Below, piece by piece: positions 12,961-26,728 of a stretch of DNA of 64,000 nt (within the stretch, counting starts at the first letter, position 1; each line of letters begins with the position of its first letter). This DNA comes from Glaucostegus cemiculus (lineage: Eukaryota): the NCBI GenBank assembly GCA_976551045.1, contig CDPCPM010000281.1:9610001-9674000 (forward strand), given 5' to 3'. The notes beneath the pieces are model-generated. The model saw only the letters and a list, made by a program, of their open reading frames with translations. It was not told the origin of the DNA and did not search any database. Made by a program: the position numbers and the translations under genes.

Positions 12961-13230
12961 TAAACTTTACTTTACTTTAAACTTTATAAAACTTTATATA
13001 GCGTGGTAACAGGCCCTTCCAGCCCAACCAGCCTGCACCACCCAATTACACCTATGTTAACCAACTAACCCGTACATCTTTGGAATGTGGGAGGAAATTA
13101 GAGCACCTTGAGGAAACCCCTGCAGTCAAGGGGAGAACGTCCAAACTCCTTGCAGACAGTGGCCAGAATTGAACCCCGACCGCTGGCGCCGTAATAGCGT
13201 TATGCTAACTGCTATGCTATCATGCCACCC
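12961..13230 (-). mobile_element. HE1-type V-SINE (short, relatively young subfamily)
   Basis: ctttggaatgtgggaggaaa...gaattgaacccc...; HER1-type tail aacaggcccttccagccc ending in acttt-like repeats. Confidence 0.9.
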
Positions 13231-13884
13231 ATTCCTTCCGTCCTCTCCTCAAGCTGTTGGCTTTGTCAATAATTTTCATAAAAGATTATTATTTGTGTGT
13301 GAACTTTGATAATGAGTAAGCACTTGCAAGGAATACTGCAACACAACTATGTACTGTTCACTACATAGATCTTGAAACAGATATTGGCCTCGCGTTGAGC
13401 AGGAAATGGACAGACTGATAAATAAATATGGGATCTTCCTGGTTTTAATAGTTTAATTACTCAACGCCTTAATAAGCTATGAATTACCTCATATCTCAGT
13501 CCCCACTCTAAATATCTGTCATAGAAGAAGTGTCATGAACAATCATATGCAATCATTTCTTTTGGTTAAAATTAACAATGAGATCAGTGTCTTGCAAAAA
13601 GTGTAATGAATAATTTAATTAGAGATTACAATTGTTAAAGCTTAAGAACTTGCAGCAAATAATATAATTTCTAAAAGACAGTGAGCATTGGAAGCACATT
13701 ACAAATGAAGAATATATAGTTCTTTGCCTCAGAGTTGGAAAGGATGCTTTATAACTCATCTGGTCTGAGTTTAGGTTAATGTTACCTGAACTAACAACTT
13801 ATGGTCAACACAGTCCCCAAACATTGCAAGTCTTCAAATATACAGTCAATCAATTTTGTAATTAAATGTTGAATTACTTCCCAG

Positions 13885-14160
13885 TGAAAGGACTTAGATT
13901 TATAAAGCATTTTATAACATCTCTAAGAGAGCTTGACATAGAATTAAATTGTTTGAAGACCAGTGAATGTGATTTGTGCACAAATCATCACATCTTTAGT
14001 ATTGTTAGCTGGCCAAGAAACCAGGAGAACTAGTCTTAAGATATTTCCATGAGAACTTGAAAGTTCAAGTGTTCTACTGGAACAGGCTCATGGGTGTTTG
14101 TCTGATATCTCGTTTGAAGCACTGCTTCAGTACTGCTTTACACTGTCAGCCTAGATCAGA
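13885..14160 (-). mobile_element. Degraded DeuSINE
   Basis: Antisense tail aaaggacttagatttataaagca and antisense Deu core ttcagtactgctttacactgtcagcctagat. Confidence 0.65.
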
Positions 14161-15406
14161 CATATGACTACATTGTAGTGAAAGTACTTCTTGATCTTCA
14201 AAAAGCAAAATGTAGGGCATGGACACCACAAAGACCAAATAAGTTAGTTCCTCCTGGACATAGCCTCCTGCCTAGATTCAATACTTGTGGTGCCTACCTA
14301 ACAGGACTTGCTCGTTCCTTGTGGAGCTGTGGGCTGTCAATCAGCTTAATTCAGTCCCTGATCTGTTGTTTAGCAAGTGAAGGTATCACAATAGAGAAGG
14401 AGCACCGTTGCCAGGGTCATACAGCAATACCTTTATGGTTAATGAGCAACAGAAAGATGAGCCAGTTTTCCCAGCTTTTGGACACTTTACTTAATCCTGA
14501 CCAGCTGGTGGTAAAGTTCCTAAAGTAGAGATATTGACTCACACACTGTAAACCACATTTTGAAAGCAATCAACTGAATCAAGGACAAGTTGAACAAAGA
14601 GCTGTGATGAAAATCTTTGTTCAGACCTTGTGCTTGAGGAGGCTGGCTTTTTACAGGAATGTGAGCAATTATTTGTTGATTTCCTGTGAAGGTATAAATA
14701 GAAGGAAAGGACAGACTGAACTGATAGAGTGAACCTTGAATACATAGACCTCTTTTGGATTAGGGTTGTGACTTTTCCCCACGTCTTTACAGCTGAATAA
14801 GATCATTCTGAGGTTGCAAGGAATGGTGAAGATGTTACCTGATCCAAGTTCATGAACAAGCCTAAGTTGTTTTGAGCATTTGATGGCAGAGATGTAAATT
14901 GATGCTGTTCCAGACCATAATTAAGACTTCTGAAATTAGTGCCAGAACCATAGAGATACCCACATTACAGAATGTGTTCATTTCTGTGCCTGACTGTTCC
15001 TTGTACAACATAGATTTGTTCTTGTTACAATAGAATAACTGATGAGCTGCTGGGATTATTGCCTGTGGTGGTCTTCATTATTTACAAAGGAAATTGGAGA
15101 ATGGTGTTTCTTGTTTGTTCTTGCTGTTGTTAGGATTATTGCAATTTTTGGCAACTAAATCCTTTAATTATGACGCTGATCATTTTCTTCTTGCAGCTAT
15201 ACAGTTAAAATAAGTGCACCATTGTATGCATTGAAAGAATTACGCCTGGCCCCATACAATTACTCGGTCTTTTATACATAAGAGCGCTGGCCTCATACAG
15301 AACTAATGACCTAGTTTTGGTAGCACTCATGCAGACCCTGAGCTGCACTGTTAAAGCTTGCAGTTCTTAGCCAATACTTAAAGTTTTAGTGGCATCAGTC
15401 ATTCCC

Positions 15407-16248
15407 ATGTTGGTTCACACTGAACACTATCTACGCATTACCATGGCATATCCCATGGGACGCAGTAAAGTGAACCTCACCATATCAGCTGAATGTTGTA
15501 TCTTCCCCACATAGGAAAGCATGGCACTGTTTTGCTTCATCAAATGAAGATAAGAGCAGTGTTAAAAATCAGCATATGCTGCAGAACTGAGGTTCCCCAA
15601 CAAGATAAACTCTGACTGTTCCTGCTTGACATTCAATGGCATTACCATCACCAAATCCTCCATTATCAACATTCAGTGCGGTCACCATTTAACAGGCTCT
15701 GCAATTACTGAACTACAAGAGCAGGTCTGGGTTGAATATTTTGCAACAGCAGCCTCCCTACTCCCCAAAACTTTATAATCTCTTATCAGGAATGTAATGG
15801 AATAATTTATGCTTGCCTGGATAAGTGCAGCTCCAATGTTATCCAAAACAAAGACCAGCATTCCATCAATGACACTTAATCCTTCTGTCACTGGTGCATG
15901 GTTTCTGCAGGCTGCACTGTCTACACAATACACTGCAACAACTTATCAAAGCTTCTTCACCATCACTTCCCAAATCTGCAACCTCTTGCATCTCGAAAGA
16001 TAAGAGCAGAAGTGCACAGGAACCTGATTGCACCCAAGTTTCCCTCTGAGTCAAGGACCAACCTGATTTTGAAATGGATCATCATTCCTTCACTTGTCAA
16101 GATCCTGGAACTCCCACACAATAGTGACATGAAAATAGCTTCACCACATGGACTATATGACTTAACATCACTTTCTTCAGGGCAATTTGGCACAATCAAT
16201 AAATACAGGTCTTGCCAGTGAAGGAATAAATAACTATGAGAGGTTTAA
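15407..16248 (+). mobile_element. CR1 LINE 3' fragment flanked by 17-bp direct repeats
   Basis: Sense copy of the 3317-5015 family (ttgacattcaatggcattaccatcacc...cttgcctggataagtgcagctcca...cagggcaatt...aataaatacaggtcttgccag); tggcatcagtcattccc at 15390-15406 and 16249-16265. Confidence 0.85.
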
Positions 16249-16551
16249 TGGCATCAGTCATTCCCTTAAGTTGATTTCACATTCTAATGGATAAGTAATG
16301 CAATGTGATTGAAAGTGCACACAAAAATGGCACTGTGCAAAGGACCCATACCTGTTCAAGGCCATAATACAGCAATATTCCAAAATACCTGATGTCCTAA
16401 GACTTAAATGCATTAGAAATGACAGTCCCAGGCTCTGCATGCTGATTCCCACATAAACCATGCAGTCATCTTACCTCAGCAAATTATCACCCTGGTAGAG
16501 GGTGAAACTTGAAAGCTTTCTAAAAGGGTGAAACTTGAGAGAGAACTTGAA

Positions 16552-16664
16552 AGCTCTTCCACACCTTTCCCTGACTCTCTGATTTCTTCCTCCTCCTCTT
16601 CCTCAGATTTCTCCTTTGCTCATTCTCTGATCTCTTTTGAGTCAGGGAAAGGTGTGGAAGAGCT
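16552..16664. repeat. Perfect 26-bp inverted repeat with a 61-bp pyrimidine-rich spacer
   Basis: agctcttccacacctttccctgactc (16552-16577) is the exact reverse complement of 16639-16664. Confidence 0.97.
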
Positions 16665-17010
16665 GAATAGAGAACTAGGTGGTGAAAGTGCCTTAAGGGA
16701 CCTTAGACACAGAGGGGAATTTAAAAAGATGAGAAGTGCTTGGTAATGTGCGGGCTTTTTGATGCAGGACTGATGGTGACAACTAGAAGAAGGTTGGTGC
16801 CTGAACAAAGGGAATCATTGACAATGTAAGCAAGCATTGAGTGTCGCATTGGTCAGAAATTGGCTGGATGGAAGTCAGAGGGACAGGATGTGAGTCTCAA
16901 AGAAAACAAGAGTGTGAAGCTGCAGAGTGGTGGGAGTTGGGTTACGATGAGGGGCAGCTAGCAGCACAAGATAAACTTGAGAGTAGTTGAAAGCAATTTT
17001 AAGGTAGGTT
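16640..17010 (-). mobile_element. Possible very old L2 fragment
   Basis: Purine-rich sequence loosely resembling the antisense L2 at 55660-57000. Confidence 0.3.
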
Positions 17011-18956
17011 CAGCAACCTTTGAGAAAACTCACCTCCTTTCAGTTGCCCCACATCAAACCCTGCCTCCTATGGCAGCACAAGGTACTTCATAATGCTATT
17101 CCCCCTCAATTCCTTTCCCTTTACTTATAGATATGCAATTAGATTATACTAGTCTCCGTGTTTCATAATAATTTCTTGGTGTATGTTACATTATGGCTGG
17201 TTTGCTTGCCACTACAATGATTGAGCAAAGGCACTAGGGGGACATTTCAGTCAACTGTCTCTGTTTATAAGGCAGTGAATGGGTTTGATTATTATCTGTA
17301 TTGAATTTCATGGTGCAGACCTTTTGCACCTGTCATTGAGAGAACTAATGTCAGTAGACAGAGACATCATTTTGTGGTTTGTTTTTAGTGCAGATGGAAG
17401 TGACAGTGTAATAAAGACCACCTACTGACCCCAAATTACAAGAGCAGATCTAAAAAAGACCTGTGTATGTTATCAGACTAGCATTTCATACATGAGAAGT
17501 CATATCATAGGGTGGCAAATGTTTGCTGGAAATTAAACACTGCTGTAGAGTGTCATAAAACCTCTGACTGATCATTAATCACCCTTCAGTATCTATTACC
17601 TCAACTTCTCTATCATAAAGCCTATGGATAACTCGGGTCATGACACTCATAGATTCTGTGCTATCACACAGCTGTGCTGTGTCCATCCCTCGAGTCCTGA
17701 GCAGAGCAGATAACATTTAATAATAATTTTGGGGTCACAGTGGTCTCTTTAATGTACCTATTTGAATAATGTGATTATTCAAATGTGTTATGCATCTTAA
17801 CATTTATGTAACCCCTCCCACATCATTGACATTATTTCTTCTGGCACTGAGTCATGGTTGAATTCTTGGGGGGGGGGGGCGGTTTGAGGCTCATTTGGAT
17901 TGAGCAACATTTCTTTATCCTTGATTTTTGTTACATTCTGATGTTCCTTTGCCTCATGTCTCTGATTCTCGTAGGCAGGTTCTTATCCAAGAGGAAGCAG
18001 TCAGAACCACTCAGAGCTGCTTTCAAACCAAGCTAATTTTAGTTCAGATTTTCATCCATTGTGAGCTCTTTGACATTGCGGGCATTGCCTCGAAACATGA
18101 ACTGAAGCTCGAGACGATGGTAAAGTGTAATTCTGAATGTAATTGTCTGAACTTACAGCTCCATTTGAGTTCTCCTACTGATATTATTTTGGAAGTTTAG
18201 AGTACCTTTGGAGTTACTGACCAATCTGTGGTTGTCTCATTTGCTATTTCATCTGAGGGGAGAGTGAAAGTTGAGCTCATTGTGCACCAGCCACATGTGA
18301 TACTCTTCCTCATGGACAACACTACCATCACTGCCCCACACCCTCCTCACCCACCACTTCACGGATCATGCAATAAGATCTCAGGCTTCCAAATACACAG
18401 ATTTAAACACAAGGAAATTCAAAAACCAAGCCTTTAAGCCAAGGGTGGTTTGAACACCTTTCAACAAACTTAATAATATTGACGTTAATACTCTTAAATA
18501 GTAAGGAAGCTGTGGTTGACGTCCAGATGGCAGCATTTATTCCACCAATGTTAATGGTTACAATCATACTCACAATGTATATCTAAGGTCAGGAAAATCT
18601 AATCATTTTAGTTTCCCTTATCTTGTGAATGTCTCCTCATTCTGAAGCTTTATGACCTTCTACTGACACTAAAGCCATTCCTCACCTTAAAAAGTTATGT
18701 CCATTTTTTTCTTAGACTTCTGAAGAGACATGCCATCCATACCAATGCAACACTTAATTGTAAGATTGAAGTTGATTGGTTGTTGTTTAAGGGGGCCGGA
18801 CGTATTTGGTTTGTTACCTGGGTTTCGAAGGCATTCACAATTTTCCAGATGTCTCCTGCTTGAAGTAGGATTCTTAGTGTTTGCTTTCACCATTCCCTAC
18901 AACTTCTCTAGCATCTACGGATGCTAGCCTTACCGAGAAGCCCACATCCAGTGCCT

Positions 18957-19018
18957 AAATAAAATATGGGATTATTGTCTGAGTTGAACAATAAAATAAA
19001 ATATGGGATTATTGTCTG
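18957..19018. repeat. Tandem duplication, 25-bp unit, period 37
   Basis: aaataaaatatgggattattgtctg at 18957-18981 and 18994-19018. Confidence 0.95.
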
Positions 19019-19089
19019 TGAGTTTATACAAAGAAATAATAAATGAGGCAGTTCTTATTGAGCTTGGATAAGTATTAGAGCTATTACAA

Positions 19090-19200
19090 AGAAGGGACTT
19101 GCATTTATACTGCACCTTTCACAACTTCAGTATGTCCCAACGTGATTTACACCCTATTAAGCCCTTTCAAATTGTATTTATTATTGTATTGTTGGAGTAA
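19090..19200 (-). mobile_element. DeuSINE/L2 3' tail fragment
   Basis: gacttgcatttatactgcacctttcacaacttcagtatgtcccaa is the antisense Deu/L2 tail. Confidence 0.7.
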
Positions 19201-20179
19201 GAGGCTGAGGTAATTAGTAGCTTTGTTGTTTTAATGCTTTGGTTTTGATCCAGAATAGCTGAATTACATGTGGACACCTGAGCTCTGCTTGAGGATTGTG
19301 TGCCTTTTTTTTGCTCTTGTTTGCAAAACTAAAAATATGAGTACATTAAATGTAATTGTCCCAAGTCCCAGAACATAAAGCCTCTCTGATTGATTGGCCC
19401 CTGTGCCCTGGCCAGATGGTTCACAGTTGAGCTGTATGTGGTCATATCCAGGGTGTCAGTGTTATTCAGAGGAGACTTGTGGCTAGGGATGACAGAAAGC
19501 TCCACTAATGAGAGCTTAGTTAGCTGCCTTTCTTTTCCATAGTGAAGAATTTTGACATCCTGTCCCAGTAACCTGATCACGCGTACTGCTTTTAGAATTT
19601 AGACCTAAGACTTAGCCTCAGCAGGGAGGATGACAGCTGTCAGAAAAAGATAGCAGTATGCATATACTGGCTGTTACAATCCATTCATTCATCCTTTCAC
19701 AAATGGTTGCCCAGAGCTTGACACTGTGGTTTACAGTCCACTGGTTTGTTGGCAAGAGACATACAAACAGACGCAAGGTCGATCTGTGAGCTTACAGAGA
19801 CTGCTTTGAAAGGTTTAAAAGACCCAGTCTCTATTTCTTCATTTATGAAGCCTGGATATTTTTAAAGAAATATTAAAACAAAGCTGTAAAAAAGACTGAA
19901 GGTTCCTGAATATCCATTAATGGGTTAGCTCAACATAAGTTCAAGAATCAAATCCTAACCTTGATTTGTTAAACACCACCTCCACTCTTCACCACGCACT
20001 GCCCTCCACACCCCCTCCATCCCATTCCCACCACTGCCACCACATTTTAAGCTATTTGGAGAAGCATTTAGTCATGCACAATGTGCTTAGATTTTATACC
20101 TTGGACATCAGCTATTTTTCCATTGATTGTTCTCAAGCACAGTAGGACAACGAGAAAAAAATGTGAATTCTAGAAATTA

Positions 20180-20350
20180 GAAATAAAAACAGAAGCTGCA
20201 CAGCAGGTCGATCAGTATCTCAAAGAGAAAAGAACTTTAATATTTCATAGGCTTTCCAGGGGTTCTGGACAAGAGTTATTCCTGCAACCTAAACATTTCT
20301 TTCACTTTTCTGATTGAGTTGCATTTCCAGCATCTTTTATTTGTAGTTGC
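20180..20350. mobile_element. Penelope-derived foldback element, degraded
   Basis: aaataaaaacagaa...cagcaggtc...gcatttccagcatcttttattt, similar to 6826-6976. Confidence 0.5.
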
Positions 20351-21644
20351 ATCAGGTTTACAGCATTACTGAAGAGTCATTTACTTGTGCACGCTTATCC
20401 TTGGTGGGGTGTACTAACATTCGCTGCACAATTTAAGTCATGGAAAAAAATTTGCAGTGTAAGGATCTTGTGAAATCCCCACCTTGTGCTATAGAGATTC
20501 CACAACATGGGCATCATTGTAGAAATAACCACTGGTGCATTCATGGTTATTCAAGCTTTTTAATGAAAACTGTTATACTCTATTGTACAGACCTGTCCCA
20601 GTGGCTGGACTTAGCCTGTCCAGGCAACTAATATGCAGAGAAAAATTGAGGGTATTTTGTATGATCTTTGAGGGCGGACTAAATTTATAGGAGTCTTTTA
20701 GGAAAGAGTACTGACAATCAAATGCAGTGGACGCACTGTGTGTTACAGGGCCATAAATGAGTTCTGACAAAAATATTCATCAGGGACTGACCTCTCCAGA
20801 CTTATGTAATAAAGCCTGGATCTGTAGAATGCAATATCAGTGAACTTGAGTCTTTTTTCTTTTTAGAACATTCCATTATTATCATTACACCTAACTATGA
20901 TTTCATATGCCAATGTTTCCATGAGCTTCAATAGAATACACTGCTGATTTAGTGTTTTCAATCCAGGTTTCAGAAAGATAATCAACTGATGTTCAGAATA
21001 GGTTTTGCTTTGAAGAGTGTGCAAAGGAAAAATTGATCTCTACAATAGGTGGTCTGTTAATGTATTCAGAGGTGGTAATGCATTTACTTTTCTGACTATA
21101 GTTTACAGATGTAAGTATGTCCAAACCAGCAAAAAGGTAGTTGCAATCTGCTTGAGCTGAGTACATAATACACAGAAAAATGGGAGGAAGAGCATATTTC
21201 CATTTCACTGTCGGTGGCACTGACCCTCTGGAGGACCTTTGGAAAGCAACCGTGAGATGGCTCTGCATCCTTCAATAGCATAGACTTGGTTATATTTGCT
21301 GTGCAGAGCACAGAAAGGATACGTTTTAAAAATGTCCATGATATTCCTTGGTGATCTTCCACATTGATGCAGGTATTTATTTCATGGACAATCACTAGGG
21401 TTATAACTGGCCAGGCCAGGGCCAATTTTCACATGAAGAGTTAAGAATCTGAAATGTTTCTTTGCCTCCTTTTCTGTTCACCCTCATCACTATTCCCATT
21501 CCCACAAGCAAAAGGAAAGAAAGGGCCATCTCTGGAATTTTGTTCCCCTATTATGGGCTGGAGGTACTGTAAAGCAGAAGAAGATGGTATTTATTGCAGC
21601 AATGGCACAATAATGCACATCCTTTGACCATGTTTTTTTTGTTT

Positions 21645-22135
21645 GTTTAAGTCTGGACTAGGCATTTGAAGTCCTTTCACTTTCACAGCACTACTGCAGT
21701 TCCGATCACAATGTTGCAGACATGTGATGACACAGGAGAGGTGCAGGAAAGGTTAATGAAGATGTCGCCAGAAATGGAATATCAGCTAAGGTTGTTTGCT
21801 TTCAAACTGAAAAGACTGAAGAGGGAGTTAATTGAGGTGTATAAAATTACGAAGGGCACAGATAATGAGGAAGGATGTGTTCGCCTTAATTATTGGAGTT
21901 AAAAACCAGGGGGCATAGATTTATAGTAATTAATAAAAGGATTAGAGGGGAAGTGAGGAAGAATTATTTCATCCAAAGGGTGGTAGGAACCTGGAACTCA
22001 CTGCCAGGAAGGGTGGTAGAGGCAGAAACCCTCATTACTTTTAAACAATTTGAATGCAGGATTGGTTGAGTTATTGATGAGCAAAGAAATGAGGGCTGAG
22101 TTGCCTCATTCTGTGTCCTAAATTTTCACTGATTC
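21645..22135 (+). mobile_element. CR1/HER1 LINE 3' end
   Basis: ORF 21666-21902 EVQERLMKM...RLKRELIEVYKITKG; aaaaccagggggcataga; aagggtggtaggaacctggaactcactgcc. Confidence 0.9.
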
Positions 22136-24059
22136 ACTGCCACGCCACTCGTAGCATCAATGTCAAAGGCAAAGCCTTCACCCAACCCAAGAGAAAATCA
22201 CACTCTACGTTATTCTGAAATGTTAAAGAAAAAAAAATTGGTCTTGCTGGCAACCTCACTTCAGTGTGTGAGAGAGGACATTTCCAATGAGATCCAGATT
22301 CAGTTTCTTTATTTCTGACCAGGATAGATCTGCAAGCTTGCAGGGTTTAGATACCTGCTTGCACACGTATATTTGTTTGTCCCAGTATTATTCATATGAT
22401 TCAAATTATTGCAGGAATCCTTCGATTATGTGCAAGTCAAAAATATAAAGGGGCTTCTGTTGACCTTACTTTGTTACCTAGACCATTAAATGAAAGGTGA
22501 CTGTTGTAATTTGTTCATTGCACATTGATTTATATTGAAAGGGAAATTTCAATGCCCAGATAAGTTGACGAGTTCTTGAAAATAGTACGTTCAAGTTGAT
22601 GGATGTCAATACTGGAGGCAACCGAGATAATCATTTTCTCCACTGTATCTGCATCATTCAACTTTGGGTTAGTGGAACAGGTTCTAATTGTCCAACAGAA
22701 TGGCTTAATCCTGTTCTCTGAGTGACATATCCCACTGGTCCATTGTGACACTTCCACTTCCCAAATCAGCCTCTAAGTGATGAATTACAGGCAGCATATG
22801 GATTCTCGCCCACAGTCAACTAGATTGAATCTAAATCTAATCATATTTTGATGGAAGAAAAAGTGAAAAATGAGTGATAGTTCCTCTAGCAGCTTCCTTT
22901 TTTAAAATCATCTGCAAGAGATGTGCATAGTAAATGTGAGGAAGCCTTCACCCTGTGTCGGAAAGCGTATTTAAGTAGAATTGCCTTAATTACAATTCTT
23001 CTGAGTAAACAGTGTTGGAGCAGTTTTATACCCTTAGGTCAAAATGCTTCAAGTAAAGTTGTGGGCAGATAGCACTTAATTGGTGAATGTAATGATACAA
23101 GTTTTAAATGACTTTAAAACTTTTGACTGAGGGAGATGAGGAATTTGGCTTTTACCACACAGTGCAACTGCTGCCCAGCTGTTCTTGGTGTTATCCCACC
23201 TCCTACAACAAAGGAACTGAAGAGCTACAGCACTGGTTGAAACATCCCTGTTCTACAGGCTTAACAAGCATAATGCTCCATGTCATGTGTCACATCTGCT
23301 CATTGCAGGGAAGGTTCACTGTTGAATTTTCTCGCACAGCCTATCATGCTGCAGTGCCAGTGTGAACAACGGAAATATGAAATGGATGTAACTGTACAAG
23401 ATCTGAACACAAATTATGAGTGCTGAATTTTCAATACCAAATGTGGACAGGGAAGCAAATGGAAATATAATGCGGACATTTTGATTCATAAACCATTTAT
23501 TGCATGGGGCAATAATATATCTCGATGGGCTGCACCACCAGCCATTTCCCCTGCAATTAGAGATTTTTAGCAACGTATTGTGATAACTTCCAGACATTAA
23601 GAACAGAAAAATGCGGGTGAACACAACTGAAAGATCAACAGAGTGAGAAACATTTATAATATTAAATGGTGTGTTTTCCTTTCTTCTTTTGAGACAAGAC
23701 AAGTGGAACTATTTTTCAGAAACTACAATATGAAATGTCCTGCTTCTGATGGGTTGTGCCAGTCTCTAAAACTGTATGTTCCTCTTATCACCTCTCAAGG
23801 TGCCTTGAGGGCTTTCTTCTTTTTGTGCTTATTTCCTGATAATTTTCTTTCCTCAAGAAGCAACACACGGGTCTGAAAGTATAATGTAATAGGCCTTTAT
23901 ACCAAGGTTGTTGTATTGCAAAGGTGATCAATTTAAAAGTTAGTTGTGCAGAGAGTTGGTCAGGCCTCACCAGGAGAACGAGGTTCAGTTCATGCACCAT
24001 ACTCCGTGAAAGGTGGAAGGATTATGTCGCGAATTCACCAGAAAGACGTCTAAAGCTTT

Positions 24060-24560
24060 GTGATCTAAATTATGATTTGTTTTTTAGACTTTGCTTTTAT
24101 GTCTTGTGTATAGAAAGTTGAGGGGTGAGCTAATTTAACACTTTAAAATAGCTAAGGGACTTGAAAGGATAAATACAGATATTTCCTCTGTAAATAAAAG
24201 AAATCATGGAAATCCACTAAATGATCACTCTGTAATGTTAACGAGAGCAAATTTTAGGCTTTGCCTTCTTTTTATAAAGGGCTGCCCAATTCTAGAATGA
24301 GAAGGCATAATCTTAACATTAGAGTAAAGTCTTTTAATATTGAAGCAAGGAGAGTCCTGTTTATGCAAAAGGCAGTGGAAGTCTGCTGTGAGCTGAGGAT
24401 GCTGCTTGAAATGAGATTTAAAGCTAGAGGTCATTTTTTTATAATTGAGTATGGGTATCAAGCGACAAGGGCAATTCATGGAATTGTGTGTTGGTCATCC
24501 CTGGTTCACATTGGTCCACCTGAGCGGCAGAACACACTGAAGAGCCTGAAAGGTTTGCTG
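24060..24560 (+). mobile_element. CR1/HER1 LINE 3' end
   Basis: tctagaatgagaaggcataatcttaacattaga...gcagtggaagtctg; tail agcctgaaaggtttgctg. Confidence 0.75.
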
Positions 24561-26728
24561 CTCATTTCACGAGCTTGACCTTCATTACTGCTCTTCCCAT
24601 CTTAGATATGGTTGTTGTATCCTGTGGCCTGTGATGTCTTCCGGTGTGATTATTGGGAAAGAAGGAACATGCAGAACTGGATGTTAAACATAGCTTGCTG
24701 AATTAGGTGATCTTTCTCTAAAAGCAGATACATTTGACCCTCTGCAAATTGGGTTATTTGTCCTTCTGATTGCAGGTCCATCCCTCTGTTCTCCCTGAAG
24801 TTCAAGTATCATTTCATTATATAATTTTAATTGCCAGAGTCAGTATCTTAGGCATGTTTTGTAAGGCTTATTGATCTGTCAAGGTTGGCATTTAAATAAA
24901 ATAAAAACTTCAGTCATTAATAGTCACATAGTTTAAGGGATTTGATTTGTGGATTTAGCTAAGGTACTAACTATAAATAGTGTAAGCATGTTACTTACAC
25001 TGGATAATGTATTGTATCCAACAAGCTAAAGGGATGTGTGGAAGCTATAAATCTGGAAATCACTGTTAACAATCCACACACTTAACACAACTTTGTCAGC
25101 TCTTTCAATGTAAGTTTTTTCTCTGTTTATTTTAAATGGATTTACACGTCTGCTAAAATAGCAGACAGAAAAATTTCAGCAGTTCTCTTTAGTGATTCTC
25201 TCTGAATGCTACCAAGAGTAAATTTTACCTTAGTGTTTTTAATAATGGAAATTTAGTAGGTTTCATAGTTCAGATTCAAACCTAATGTAGAGCGGCATTA
25301 ACCTATTACTTTTTTTAAAAACCTCATTTGCCACTTTTATAGTATCTAGACTCTCAGTTCGGTACTGTTCTAATTAAATGTCAACTTAACGAGCTTGATC
25401 ACAGTTTCCAGCTCTTTAAAAGTAACTGTTCGTGTGGGTGGATTTTCACTGTTTGACACCATTGACTTGGTGTTGTAGAACCATTCAGCACTTTGATTGG
25501 GTGTTTTAATTGAGCTTATCTTCTATAATTCCCTGCAGATGGAACAGATTGTTTCAGTATTTCTGTTTCTTTTAAGTTACTATTTTGCCTTTTCCTAGCA
25601 TGTAAAAACAGGCTCTATTTCCTTTTTAGCTCCACAGCCACCATCTTTAACTACATTTATTTAAATTGTCCTCTAAATTATCATGCTGGAGCATGTAGGA
25701 GATAATGGCCTGTTGATCTGATTGCAGGCAGCTTTGCAATCCATTGAGGCAGATGCAACTACCTTTTCCCCCAAGCTCAATCTTCTGGAGATCTCTAAGA
25801 ATACATTCATCACTAAACTAGGAAAATCAAGCTGTTCTCAACTTTGCACTGATTTTTCAGATTCAGCCCTTGTTTCTTTATTGCTTGAAAATTAGAATTT
25901 TAATGCTGTCATGCAGTGTCAAGTCTGTACTTTTTACCTCAGATCTATCAATTGTCAAACCATGACTGGATGGAACTTAGCTCAATTACAGATGGGACTT
26001 TTTGAGATGAAAATACACTGACATTTTTTCAAAATGCAGAACAACTGGACTTTGATCCTGGTGGAACAAAGGGGCTAGTGGTAGAGGTGCCAGTAATGAG
26101 AGTAACACCATATAGGAAGGCTACTGAACTGACCCACCCACACATCTCTACCCAGCCTCCGCAGTTATTTGTCATTCCCATAAAAATCAGCTCTACTGTC
26201 TAAATGAGACTCTCAGTGAATGGATCCCTTCTGAAAAGCATGGCCCCAAGGAAGAATACTTACAAGTTTTCTGAGCAGTAATTCCCAATTAACTGCTGGA
26301 GATGCTGATGCAAATCCCTTGCTTTCCAGAAGACGCACCTTACAGACACAATTTACCCCACCCTGATGCATTGGCAGGTGTAATATGTTTCACATCTAGG
26401 GGACCAGAATGCTAGAGAAAGGCGGGAATTGCTGCAGTCACATCAGCTGATTGAGAGACAGGGGACTTCTTAGTTTTCATTCCTCTCTCTAGCATAGCTA
26501 CATAAACAAAGTTACAGACATTCCTACATATTATCCACCTGTCCCTAGAAATAATTTCTCAAAAGTTATTTCATAATATGTACAGTAACTACCATGCTGA
26601 GGCAAATCACAGCCACCCAGCCAACTGAGGAATTGAACCGGATTCCTAGATCTCACTGGCTGTTTCTACCCACAATAAACGGAGCACTTAATATGCCAAG
26701 AATAGCAATTTAAAAATCATAGCCAAGT

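Noticed and set aside
16528-16808. Opposite-strand ORFs sharing the peptide SSSTPFPDS
   Set aside because: A by-product of the DNA inverted repeat, not evidence of coding.
17760-17784. 11-bp perfect hairpin atttgaataat-gtg-attattcaaat
   Set aside because: Very AT-rich, plausible by chance in 64 kb and without supporting context.
18517-18535. CTCF-like ccagatggcagca
   Set aside because: The 5' half of the motif mismatches at conserved positions.
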